Shown here: positions 52,900 to 64,000 of the stretch, piece by piece
Layout of the letters: each line of letters opens with the position of its first letter
Numbering within the stretch: the stretch's first letter is position 1
Source: Euglena gracilis
Taxonomy: Eukaryota
Direction of reading: 5' to 3'
Length of the DNA: 64,000 nucleotides
Assembly (NCBI GenBank): GCA_039621445.1
Contig: CP154954.1
Coordinates: 12,642,716-12,706,715 of the forward strand
The notes under the pieces: generated by a model
Seen by the model: only the letters and a program-made list of their open reading frames with translations
Database searches by the model: none
Told to the model about the DNA's origin: nothing
Translations under genes and position numbers: made by a program

Positions 52900-55630
52900 T
52901 ATAGCTCACTGTGAATCTGACTGTACCGTACAGTGTACCCATGTACACTGTCCAAGTGCACCTGGTAGGAGTCCAATTCCGACTGGGCCCGGTGACTGCT
53001 GCCAGCCTGCGCGTCGTAGCAGAGCTGGTCCAGCTCCGTCGTGGCGTCGGCGGAGGGCATCTGGTCCTTCAATAACATCTGCAGGGCATACTGCGGGATA
53101 TCCTTCAGCACCGTCTCGCCCTTCGGTCCGACATCGTGCGCCAGCAGGGATGGCAGTTCCGTCCAACCATCCGGCCACTGCTGCACCACCGCCTCATCCT
53201 CCGACTCCTCCCCCCACGTCCGCATCGAGGTCCTCCAGCTGTCGCATGCTCTTCAGACACATCCCCCTCACCGAGGCGAACCTCACGATCTCGTGCACCA
53301 GCCAGTCGGGGGCATCCAACGGAGGCCACAGCTCACTGCTGTCCAGCAGGTAGTCTAGGTTCCACAGGCAGTCCGCCATCCACCGCCGGTCCACCCCTCC
53401 CGCCTTCAGCTCCCGGGCACTGTATTGCCCCTGCCTCTCCAGGAGGTACAGGTCCATCACGTCCTCCACCTCCACTGCTTCCGAGTGGTGCTGCATGGAC
53501 CTGCCCAGCCTGCTCAGCGTCGCCTCGTTGACTCCTCCGAGAAGCAACAGGCGGGCAGCTGCTCGTGCCACCGATCCCACATCAGCAGCGCACACGCCAG
53601 CGTCCGCACGTAGTCCGAGTGGCCGCGTGCACGGTGTCCCGGGGTCGGCGCCTCCAGGTGGAGCAGCATCGCCAGGGCGTTGCACAGCACCTTCCGCGCC
53701 TGTGTGCCCGTCTGCGGCCGCCGCTCCTCCCAGTGGCACTCCCGCACCTGCCAACGCGAAGCAGGCCAGACCAACAGGAGGTCCTGCAGCGCCTGCGCCA
53801 CCGCCAGGTCCCGGTCCAGCCTCTTCTGGGCCTCATTCCGGCGGCTCTCCTCCAGAGGCGGATGCACTCCATCTCCCAGCTGCCCGACTGCCATGCCCGC
53901 TGCATCTTGGCGCTGGACTCCGTGTGACGCACCTTCTGGGCAGCCTGCCTCTCCGCCTCCTCCTTCCGTCGCTGGGCCTGCTGCATCAGCTGCCGGCGTC
54001 GCTCCACCTCCGGCGCCACGTGTCCCGTCACCGTCTCAGGGTCCGGAACAGCCGTCGCAGGCGGGCAGGGCGGTCCGTCGGCACCATCAGTATGGCGCAG
54101 ACCCACATCTCCAGCACCCGCACCTTCGGGTTTGTGGACCACTGCTCCCCGTGCGCCATCGTGCCCCCTTGCAGGAACAGCAACAGCGGCAGCAGGCGGC
54201 GGTACAGCATGTTCGGCACCTGCTTGTACGCGCCGTGCAGCGGCCACACACCATACGGGGGCAGCTGCCGCAGCGCCTCGCTCGCATCCCACTGCTAGCA
54301 CTCCCGCCCGTACACCACCTTCAGGTGGCGGTACCACAGGTTGATGTCCACCAGCAGGGCAGCGGGGCCTTCACACGGCACAGCACGTCGTCCCTCAGAA
54401 AGCGGAGGACCTTCAGCATCCCCATATGGGAGGAGATCCGGTCGTCCGTCAGCATGAAGGGCCACCACACCGGGCACCGTGCGTTCTCTCAGCCCCATCA
54501 GCATGACCACACAACGGACAGTGTCAGTGTCCGTGATCAATCACTCAGAACAAGGACAATTGGTGCGCGCGTTTATTTGTGCACGCAAATGCGCAAATCA
54601 ATTGTTTCAAAAAACATTTCTCAGTCCTTCGGGAGGTCCTTCAATGAGCACTGAGAAAGTTGTATCTGCGCGCAATTGCACAAATAAATCAGTACAAAAA
54701 TCATCCATGTGTATCTAATGCCAGAAGCGGGTGCTCCCTTAGAGATATCTTTTCAAACACGTAAGTCAGAGTAATATGTGCGCATTTGCGCACATGCGCA
54801 TACAATAAAAATTTTCCATACGGCAGAGTGGCAGAGTCAGAAATATAATTTTACATACAGAAGCATCAGTGATCAGCAGTACCTACCGAGTCCATCAATT
54901 TGTAAGGCAGAAAAAAAAACACTTCTGAGGTGCAGTCATTGTGATGTCCGATGCACGTCCAGCGGTATGCGCAGCTCGTGCGCGTCCAGCGGCCGCGCGC
55001 TGATCTCCAACACCAGCTCCAGGAACGCCGGCAGGTCGGACTGCACCAGCCGTGCGGACACCCGGTGGACGCGCCCCAGCAGCTGCTCCAGTGACGGTTA
55101 CCACGGGTACTCCGGGAACCGGCAGTGGCGGTGGCAGCGGGCGTGTGAGCGGCTGGACGACCTGTGGGAGCAGTCGCTGGGCCGTAGCAGCCGACTGGCC
55201 GCCCCTTGCCTCGCCAGCGGCGCCTCGTGCTCCTTCGCCACCACCCGCTGCGCCGGCCGCGGGCAGGCGTGCTGCCGCAGCGCACGGTACACCGCCCAGG
55301 CGTCTTTCAGCAGCAGCGCAATCTGCTGCCGCCGCGGCTCACGCGCCAGCTCCTCCAGCAGCGCCGCACTGCCCTCCGTCCGCAGCACCGCACTGTGCCG
55401 CCCTCCGCCCGCAGCGGCACCCTGGTGTGGGCTACCTCCGCCACAAGCGTCTTCAGCGGGTGGCCGCGCTGCACCACCGCCGCCACAAACTCCTCGCAGA
55501 TAACAACGAAGTGGGCCTTCACCAGCAGGCCCATCAGCTTCCCAGCCTCCGCGGAGAGGGCGGCCTCCTCGCTGTAACCCTCGTAGCCACGGCGGTGTGA
55601 GTGGGTGCTGCTGGCCTGGGAGGACTCCAT
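52900..55630 (-). pseudogene. Decayed putative DDE/RNase H-like transposase (DUF6589-like motif order)
   Basis: Reconstruction across frameshifts: LRIPLDVHR..ENARCPVWWPFMLTDDRISSHMGMLKVLRFLRDDVLCRVKAPLPLLVDINLWYRHLKVVYG..W..LPPYGVW.LHGAYKQV...YVRTLACALLMWDRWHEQLPACCFSEES/NEATLSRL. In-frame TAA (about 55098), TAG (about 54295) and frameshifts are present. The family assignment is by motif recall only. Confidence 0.5.
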
Positions 55631-55894
55631 CAGTCGTCCCCAGGTCTGCCAGCACGCTACCTTTCATCAACCCACAAATCCTTTAATGACACACCCCCGT
55701 CATCGTCCTCCTCCCACTTTTGGTAAATGCGCATTGCACGCTGTGTCGCATAATTTTTTTTGGAAATGTTTGTGCGCAACTGCGCAAGCCAACAAACAAA
55801 AAGAACATAATAATAACAGCTGTACCCTGCCTTGCCATCCCCCATGTATGTCAAATGCAGGCAGGTGACAGCACAAAAACATTGCCATTCCGCC

Positions 55895-56275
55895 TTGGCC
55901 CCCCCCCCGAATAATAGCACCCCCCAAATAAAAGCCCCCCGAATAATAGCCCCCCTCCGAGATTTTAGCCAAAAATCCGAATAATACCCCCCCTCGGACC
56001 ATGCACAAAAATCGGAATAATAGCCCCCCCCCCCCTGGAGGCCTTTCTCCAAACTGGCGGCGATGCTTCTGAGTCGACCTCATCAGTGTTCACATGGACA
56101 ATGTCTTGAAGAAGATCAGACATTACTAAGAGAAGGATGTTTGTATGTGTTTGGAGCTCCCCCCGAAAAATAGCCCCCCCCGTATTGTTATCCAAAAATC
56201 CGAATAATAGCCCCCCCCCCCGAATAATAGCCCCCCCTGAAAATTTAACCGATTGTCCGAATAATAGCCCCATGG
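55895..56275. repeat. Cluster of 'ccgaataatagccccc' motifs (pogo/Tc2-like subterminal repeats)
   Basis: About seven copies of the motif in two groups. Confidence 0.7.
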
Positions 56276-56852
56276 AGGATTTACAACACAGCACCATCTG
56301 GGTCGTTGTACAAATAAAGTCAACAATTGTGGGCACAATTGCGCAAATCAACAGGGACATTTTTCATTTCAGACATAATCTGGGGTATTGCAACCGTCAT
56401 CTCAGCGACAAAATCAAACACAGCCAAGGCCAATTGCTTGTGCGCGCATTTGCGCAAGTGTGCAGTGTGTCACATTAAAAATTCTTCAGCTCACCAATTA
56501 AACCCACCCCCACTTATAAACCCCCCCATTTACTAACCCCCCCCCTCGGGCCGACCAACCAAACCGGGACTTATAAACCCCCCCTTCGGGGAAGAAAAAT
56601 GAAAGCCGCCGGGGACAATTTTTTCGGCCGCAAACCACCCAGAAACTGCTTTTTTGGCCATTTTTTGAGATCGACCATCATCAAAAATGCTATTTTTGAC
56701 CAAATTTGCCAAAAATTGCCAATTTGGGGCGTTTCGGGGTCATTTTGGGGGTTTGGATTTTCACCAACAATCCAAGCCCCCTGCTGTTTTGGGAAAACAC
56801 AGGAAAGGTATTTTGTGCCTGACCTAGGAAGGCTCACAGGTTCTGGGGCCCT

Positions 56853-59800
56853 GGGACTTGTTCCACCCGTTATGGGGTGGCCGCAGTTTCACATGTGTCT
56901 CTCTGTCTCTCTCTCTTTTCCGCACACAGCGGTAAAGGAGCCAGGCGGTTTCGGATCCAGCCGGGCCTTCCTTGTCGATGCCCCCGACGCCCGGCTGGTG
57001 GGGGCAGACCGCCTGGTGACGGGGCGCTCATGCTCCGCGGGTGGGCGCGTCATGGACCCCAAGGGTATGCCGACCCTCAGGGCCACCCACGGCTCAATCC
57101 AGGCGGGCGAGACACGGCCCCTTGGGCATCCACCTGGAGAGCGCCTCCGCGCGATGCATGGCCCTCGGGTGCTGCCGTCACCCGAGGAATGGCCCAGGAA
57201 CTCCGGTTGCCAGGAGCGGGGACCCCGGGGGCCACTCGCCCCACTCTTTGGCGTGAAGGTGGTCACCACTCTGGGATACGGGATACTCTGGTCCACGGCC
57301 GGCGCCGATTGGGGTCCTGGCACCCCGTCAGCCCGCCTCCTTCACCCAGAGATGGGCCAGCCTTCCCGGAGCCACAGCCCGCATAGAGCCACTTGCTTCG
57401 ACCCCAAGCAAGGTGTGGGGAGCCCGACCCGCGACTCACCAGGAGGGTCACGGGCTTCACCCACACGTGGCTCTTTCCTCTGTGCCGACTTGCACTGGAG
57501 GCTGTGCGGGCGGGACTTTGCGCTCGAGCCCTTGCAGGCCGAGAAGCACCACCTTGGTTGCTGCGTGGGGTGGCCTAGCTGATGTTTGTAAACCGCGTCA
57601 GCTGGCGGGAGCCCATATCATTTTCGCCGTGGGCGGTTGCGGCGTCGGTTCACCCCGGACTCCCAGCCCCTAGCCGTCTTGGGCTGTGTGGGGAAGCGCT
57701 TCAGTCCCCTGCGCCTGGCCTCGGAAGGCTCGCAAGCGCTAGTTGCCCGGAAGGAAGGCCGGGACTTTGTTCCACCCGTTGTGGGGTGGCCACGGTTTCC
57801 CGCGTGTCTCTCTCTTTTCCGCGCACAGCGGTAAAAGAGCCAGGCGGTTTCGGATCCAGCCGGGCCTTCCTTGTCGATGCCCCCGACGCCCGGCTGGTGG
57901 GGGCAGACCGCCTGGTGACGGGGCACTCATGTTCCGCGGGTGGGCGAGTCATGGACCCCAAGGGTATGCGGACCCTCAGGGCCACCCACGGCTCCATCCA
58001 GGCAGGCGAGATAAAGCCCCGTGGGCACCCACCTGGAGAGCGGCTCCGCGTGTTGCATGGCCCTCGGGTGCTGCCGTCACCCGAGGAACGGCCCAGGAAC
58101 TCCGGTTGCCAGGAGCGGGGACCCCGGGGGCCACTCGCCCCACTCCTTGGCGTGAAGGTGGTCACCACTCTGGGATACTCTGGTCCACGGCCGGCGCCGA
58201 TTGGGGTCCTGGCACCCCGTCAGCCCGCCTCCTTCACCCAGAGATGGGCCAGCCTTCCCGGAGCTACAGCCCGCATAGAGCCACTTGCTTCGACCCCAAG
58301 CAAGGTATGGGGAGCCCGACCCGCGACTCACCAGGAGGGTAACGGGCTTCACCCACACGTGGCTCTTTCCTCTGTGCCGACTTGCACTGGAGGCTGTGCG
58401 GGCGGGACTTTGCGCTCGAGTCCTTGCAGGCCGAGAAGCACCACCTCGGTTGCTGCGTGGGGTGGCCTAGCTGATGTTTGTAAACCGCGTCAGCTGGCGG
58501 GAGCCCATATTCTTTTCGCCGTGGGCGGTGGCGGCGTCGGCTCACCCCGGACTCCGAGCCCCTAGCCGTCTTGGGCTGTGTGGGGAAGCGCTTCAGTCCC
58601 ATGCGCCTGGCCTCGAAGGGCTCGCAAGCGCTAGTTGCCCGGAAGGAAGGCCGGGACTTTTGTTCCACCCGTTGTGGGGTGGCCGCGGTTTCCCGCGTGT
58701 CTCTCTCTTTCCGCACACAGCGGTAAAAGAGCCAGGCGGTTTCGGATCCAGCCGGGCCTTCCTTGTCGATGCCCCCGACGCCCGGCTGGTGGGGGGCAGA
58801 CCGCCTGGTGACGGGGCACTCATGTTCCGCGGGTGGGCGAGTCATGGACCCCAAGGGTATGCGGACCCTCAGGGCCACCCACGGCTCCATCCAGGCAGGC
58901 GAGATAAAGCCCCGTGGGCACCCACCTGGAGAGCGGCTCCGCGTGTTGCATGGCCCTCGGGTGCTGCCGTCACCCGAGGAACGGCACAGGAACTCCGGTT
59001 GCCAGGAGCGGGGACCCCGGGGGCCACTCGCCCCACTCCTTGGCGTGAAGGTGGTCACCACTCTGGGATACTCTGGTCCACGGCCGGCGCCGATTGGGGT
59101 CCTGGCACCCGTCAGCCCGCCTCCTTCACCCAGAGATGGGCCAGCCTTCCCGGAGCTACAGCCCGCATAGAGCCACTTGCTTCGACCCCAAGCAAGGTAT
59201 GGGGAGCCCGACCCGCGACTCACCAGGAGGGTAACGGGCTTCACCCACACGTGGCTCTTTCCTCTGTGCCGACTTGCACTGGAGGCTGTGCGGGCGGGAC
59301 TTTGCGCTCGAGTCCTTGCAGGCCGAGAAGCACCACCTCGGTTGCTGCGTGGGGTGGCCTAGCTGATGTTTGTAAACCGCGTCAGCTGGCGGGAGCCCAT
59401 ATTCTTTTCGCCGTGGGCGGTGGCGGCGTCGGCTCACCCCGGACTCCGAGCCCCTAGCCGTCTTGGGCTGTGTGGGGAAGCGCTTCAGTCCCATGCGCCT
59501 GGCCTCGAAGGGCTCGCAAGCGCTAGTTGCCCGGAAGGAAGGCCGGGACTTTTGTTCCACCCGTTGTGGGGTGGCCGCGGTTTCCCGCGTGTCTCTCTCT
59601 TTCCGCACACAGCGGTAAAAGAGCCAGGCGGTTTCGGATCCAGCCGGGCCTTCCTTGTCGATGCCCCCGACGCCCGGCTGGTGGGGGCAGACCGCCTGGT
59701 GACGGGGCACTCATGTTCCGCGGGGGGCGAGTCATGGACCCCAAGGGTATGCGGACCCTCAGGGCCACCCACGGCTCCATCCAGGCAGGCGAGATAAAGC

Positions 59801-61256
59801 CCCGTGGGCACCCACCTGGAGCGGCTCCGCGTGTTGCATGGCCCTCGGGTGCTGCCGTCACCCGAGGAACGGCCCAGGAACTCCGGTTGCCAGGAGCGGG
59901 GACCCCGGGGGCCACTCGCCCCACTCCTTGGCGTGAAGGTGGTCACCACTCTGGGATACTCTGGTCCACGGCCGGCGCCGATTGGGGTCCTGGCACCCCG
60001 TCAGCCCGCCTCCTTCACCCAGAGATGGGCCAGCCTTCCCGGAGCTACAGCCCGCATAGAGCCACTTGCTTCGACCCCAAGCAAGGTATGGGGAGCCCGA
60101 CCCGCGACTCACCAGGAGGGTAACGGGCTTCACCCACACGTGGCTCTTTCCTCTGTGCCGACTTGCACTGGAGGCTGTGCGGGCGGGACTTTGCGCTCGA
60201 GTCCTTGCAGGCCGAGAAGCACCACCTCGGTTGCTGCGTGGGGTGGCCTAGCTGATGTTTGTAAACCGCGTCAGCTGGCGGGAGCCCATATTCTTTTTCG
60301 CCGTGGGCGGTGGCGGCGTCGGCTCACCCCGGACTCCGAGCCCCTAGCCGTCTTGGGCTGTGTGGGGAAGCGCTTCAGTCCCATGCGCCTGGCCTCGAAG
60401 GGCTCGCAAGCGCTAGTTGCCCGGAAGGAAGGCCGGGACTTTTTTTCCACCCGTTGTGGGGTGGCCGCGGTTTCCCGCGTGTCTCTCTCTTTCCGCACAC
60501 AGCGGTAAAAGAGCCAGGCGGTTTCGGATCCAGCCGGGCCTTCCTTGTCGATGCCCCCGACGCCCGGCTGGTGGGGCAGACCGCCTGGTGACGGGGCACT
60601 CATGTTCCGCGGGTGGGCGAGTCATGGACCCCAAGGGTATGCGGACCCTCAGGGCCACCCACGGCTCCATCCAGGCAGGCGAGATAAAGCCCCGTGGGCA
60701 CCCACCTGGAGAGCGGCTCCGCGTGTTGCATGGCCCTCGGGTGCTGCCGTCACCCGAGGAACGGCCCAGGAACTCCGGTTGCCAGGAGCGGGGACCCCGG
60801 GGGCCACTCGCCCCACTCCTTGGCGTGAAGGTGGTCACCACTCTGGGATACTCTGGTCCACGGCCGGCGCCGATTGGGGTCCTGGCACCCCGTCAGCCCG
60901 CCTCCTTCACCCAGAGATGGGCCAGCCTTCCCGGAGCTACAGCCCGCATAGAGCCACTTGCTTCGACCCCAAGCAAGGTATGGGGAGCCCGACCCGCGAC
61001 TCACCAGGAGGGTAACGGGCTTCACCCACACGTGGCTCTTTCCTCTGTGCCGACTTGCACTGGAGGCTGTGCGGGCAGGACTTTGCGCTCGAGTCCTTGC
61101 AGGCCGAGAAGCACCACCTCGGTTGCTGCGTGGGTGGCCTAGCTGATGTTTGTAAACCGCGTCAGCTGGCGGGAGCCCATATTCTTTTCGCCGTGGGCGG
61201 TGGCGGCGTCGGCTCACCCCGGACTCCGAGCCCCTAGCCGTCTTGGGCTGTGTGGG
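56853..61256 (+). repeat. Tandem array of a GC-rich, highly structured about 890-bp unit (about 4.9 copies)
   Basis: Unit starts at 56853, 57761, 58653, 59545 and 60435. The last copy is truncated at a (TC)n tract. Copies 2-5 are nearly identical; copy 1 is more diverged. Confidence 0.97.
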
Positions 61257-61257
61257 G

Positions 61258-61335
<78 letters not shown>

Positions 61336-61470
61336 CTGCTCTCTCTCTCTCTCTCTCTCGCTCTCTCTCTTTCTCTCTCGTCTCTCTCGCTCTCTGATCT
61401 CTCTCTCTCTGTCTCTCTCTCTCTCTCTCTCTCCTCTCTCTCTTCTCGTCTCTCTCTCTCCTCTCTTCTT
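61258..61470. repeat. Degenerate (TC)n microsatellite
   Basis: Direct reading. Confidence 0.97.
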
Positions 61471-61922
61471 GATTGGTATGGGACGGGGATTCTGGGAATG
61501 GGTGGGGATGGGGGGATGGGAGGGGATGGGAGGGGAGGTGGGGGGGGGGGTTGCGCAAGGGGAGCCTTCGCACGGTTTTCCAACCCACCCTCCCAGCCGG
61601 TGCGGCCCGAACTGGAGGGCCGGAGATACCAGCTCCGGGCCGGGGTGGCACACCTGCGATTGCCCGCCTCCGCGTCCGTGCTGGTCATGGTCTCCTTCTG
61701 CCGCCGCTGGCCGCGCCCTCCGCCGCGACGATGGCCTTGAAGGGGATCCCATGGGTTTGGGATGAGAGGGGATCGGAGGGGGGGCCCGGCCCTTGCCTCT
61801 CCTCTCCGTGATGCCTTCTCCGTGGTTGGGGGGCTCCTCTTGCCCGAAAGTGGTTGATGATCTTGGCTCCTTTGGGGCTCCTTTCTTTCCCCGAAAAAGG
61901 CTGCAGCGGAGCGCCAGTCCCA

Positions 61923-63995
61923 TCACTCCTTGTGCAGCGCCGCCCCTCGCCGGCTCTGCACCGGTGTCCACGCGACACCTTCGTCTCTTCGGTCTCTTTC
62001 TTCTCCTCGGGGTGGGTTGCCCTGCGCACTCCCAGGGCGAGAGGGTCTAGAAAATCGCATTGCTGCTGAAGAAAAAGAATCCCCAGGGCGGCGCCCACGG
62101 GCCGCTTCCCTGTTGGGTCGCCAAGGGGCTTGGGGCCGGGGCAAATCCCGCTTCGCTTGCTCCCCTGCGGACGGGGTTGGCGGGGCACAGGCACCACGCT
62201 GCCTGCCACCCGCCCGGACTTGGCTCGGTCTCGCTCCGGGGACGTGGCTCCCGCAGGGTTGGTGGCCCTGGGGAGGGCCGTGGGGGTGGCGCCTTGGACC
62301 GGGGTGGTCGGCCTCCCCAGGGCGGTCCATAAGGGACGGGAAGTTTTTTTTTTTTTTTTTCGTTAAGGACCGCCCCTTAAGGACCGCCCCCCCGACCAAG
62401 GATCGACCGGGACTTGAACGGGGGTCGAAAACCAAAAAGTCGAAAAACGCATTTTTTGACGCTATGGGCGGATGGGCGATGTTCCAAAAGTGCCAGGAAT
62501 CACTTTTTTTCCCCGAAGTCGACCCGTTTCGGGCAAAATACGGCCACTTTTCGGTCATGGATTTTCAAAAAAATTTCTCGGCTGTGCCGGGACGGGATTT
62601 TTTTTTTTTTTTGGCTTAAGGACCGCCCTGGGCCTCCCCGATCCTGGCACCTTCATGCCAGTCATGCGTCTGGCGCTCGAGGTCCGCGGGGCGCTCGACG
62701 TTCTGGACTGCTGCGGCTTCTTGCCATTCTTGGATGATGCTCCGCCGCTGGGGGCCGCACGAGGCCCAGACCTGGTTCTGCAGATCTGGGTCCCATGATT
62801 CGTACACGGCTTGTCCTCGTCCTGCTTCTCGTGGATCCTTCAGCACCGCCTTCCACTCCTCGTACTTGGCTCGCCGCTCGGCAGGCCACTCACTCAACGA
62901 AGTGAATTTCCTCTTCTTTGTGGGGCCTTGGGAAGAGGTGTCGTCGTCGGTGGTGTCGCTGGGTGGCGGCGGGGGAGCGGTGAGGAGGAGGCGGTTGGGG
63001 GCCTCGATGGCGGGAATGGGGAGACCTTGGAGGAGGGCCAAGGAAGACGAGGAGGAGGAGGGGCCGATGGTGAGTGCGTTGAGATGCACATTCTGCACGA
63101 TGGAGGGGGCTTGTGGCGCGGAGGGAGGGAGGTAGATGGGGATGGGTACCCGGACCTCCACGGGGACGGGGACGGGCATGGGGACCCGGACCTCCACGGG
63201 GACTTGCACGGGGACCGGGACGACCCGCTCGATGACCCGATCCACGAAGACAGGCTCCCGCACGGGAACGGGGACCTGCCTCTCGACGATGACGACCCGC
63301 TCCTGGAGGACCTCACGGGTGGGTGGGGGGAGGCATGGGGTTGGGGAGGCGGAGTCCGGGTTGGGGAGAGGGGAGCCTTGGGAGGCTGTGGAGGCCGTTG
63401 GGGCGCTGGGGGATTGGGAGGCGGTGCTTGGCTGCGCTGCTACCACCTCGAGGGCGTCCGTCTCCGTCTCCATGGCCGTGGGCTGGCGACTCTCAGGCCC
63501 GCCCGGGCTCCCCGGGGGAGGGAACCTTGGCGGCGTCACCCCCGGTTCACCGCCCAGCGTAAACCCCGCTCCGGTGTGGGCCAGCCTGTCGCTTGGGGCG
63601 TCCCCCCTCGGCTCTGAGGCCGGTTCTGGCAGCACGATCACGGACCCGCCCGGGCTCCCTGGGGCTGAGATCCTTGGCGGCGTCACCCCCAGTTCACTGC
63701 CCGACGTAAACCCCGTCACGGTGTGGGCCAGTCCGTGGCTCGGGGCGTCCCCCTCGCTGTCCTCAGGCCCGCCCGGGCTCCCCGGGGGCGGGAACCTTGG
63801 CGGCGTCACCCCCGGTTCACTGCCCGGCGTAAACCCCGCCCCGGTGTGGGCCGGCCTGGTGCTGCGGCTGGTTGGGGCGTCCCCCTCCTCTTGGCTGGTT
63901 GGTAGAGGCTCGCCCGGGCTCGCCGGGGGCGGGATCCTTGGCGGCATCACCCCCGGGTCCTTGCCCTTGCTGCTCACGGATTGGGCGCACCTCAC
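61923..63995 (-). CDS. Pro/Ser-rich low-complexity protein (at least 583 aa after MITE removal; may start outside the window), possibly a mobile-element ORF
   Basis: 455 stop-free codons (63995-62631) continue in frame for 128 more codons (62309-61926) once the MITE and one TSD are removed (RIGEA|DHPGPRR). Contains repeats GVTPPRFPPPGSPGGPE and VPVEVRVP. No catalytic domain recognised. Confidence 0.6.
62318..62630. mobile_element. hAT-like MITE (313 bp) inside the Pro-rich ORF
   Basis: TIR CAGGGCGGTCC(A/T)TAAG. 8-bp TSD GGCCTCCC at 62310-62317 and 62631-62638. Confidence 0.95.
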
Positions 63996-64000
63996 CTCTG

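Noticed and set aside
52900-55630. In-frame TAA/TAG stops suggesting a reassigned genetic code
   Set aside because: All three stop types occur together with multiple frameshifts, which fits pseudogene decay.
58140-58250. HDV-like ribozyme or 5S rRNA C-box resemblance (ggtggtcaccactctgggatactctggtccacggccgg)
   Set aside because: The P1, P1.1 and J4/2 elements are not conserved in the diverged copies at about 45850 and 33200. The 5S similarity is short and gapped with no rest of the gene.
56599-61237. Long ORFs (up to about 328 aa) in the tandem array and in the 671-bp repeats
   Set aside because: GC-rich shadow ORFs; frames shift between near-identical copies and have no protein-like composition.
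56853-61256. Hammerhead ribozyme / retrozyme core
   Set aside because: No CUGANGA...GAAA core on either strand (only CTGATGT, CTGACGC, CTGAAGC and similar).

Overview
Repeat-saturated eukaryotic nuclear DNA, most plausibly from a euglenid. This is inferred from GC-rich exons that mix GT-AG introns with a non-GT-AG, stem-forming CAG/CTG intron. No intact housekeeping gene, rRNA, tRNA or CRISPR array is recognisable. The window holds: (i) mosaics of decayed segmental repeats (about 0.1-11.3 kb and 21-44 kb); (ii) at least ten non-autonomous TIR elements with CAG...CTG ends and readable 7-8 bp target-site duplications, plus TA-flanked and fold-back elements; (iii) long microsatellites; (iv) a decayed, intron-containing two-gene cassette on the minus strand (48-55.6 kb: a putative DDE/DUF6589-like transposase and a ParB-like protein); (v) two highly structured non-coding tandem repeat families (671 bp and about 890 bp units); and (vi) a Pro-rich ORF at the right edge that is split by a MITE. 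The most interesting signal links the MITEs to the introns. The euglenid-type nonconventional intron at 50246-50484 has ends resembling the TIRs of the local hAT-like MITEs. Its geometry (3 nt + CAG...CTG + 5 nt) equals element plus one 8-bp TSD, so these MITEs could act as seamless introners. The insertion at 62318-62630 is a candidate newborn intron.
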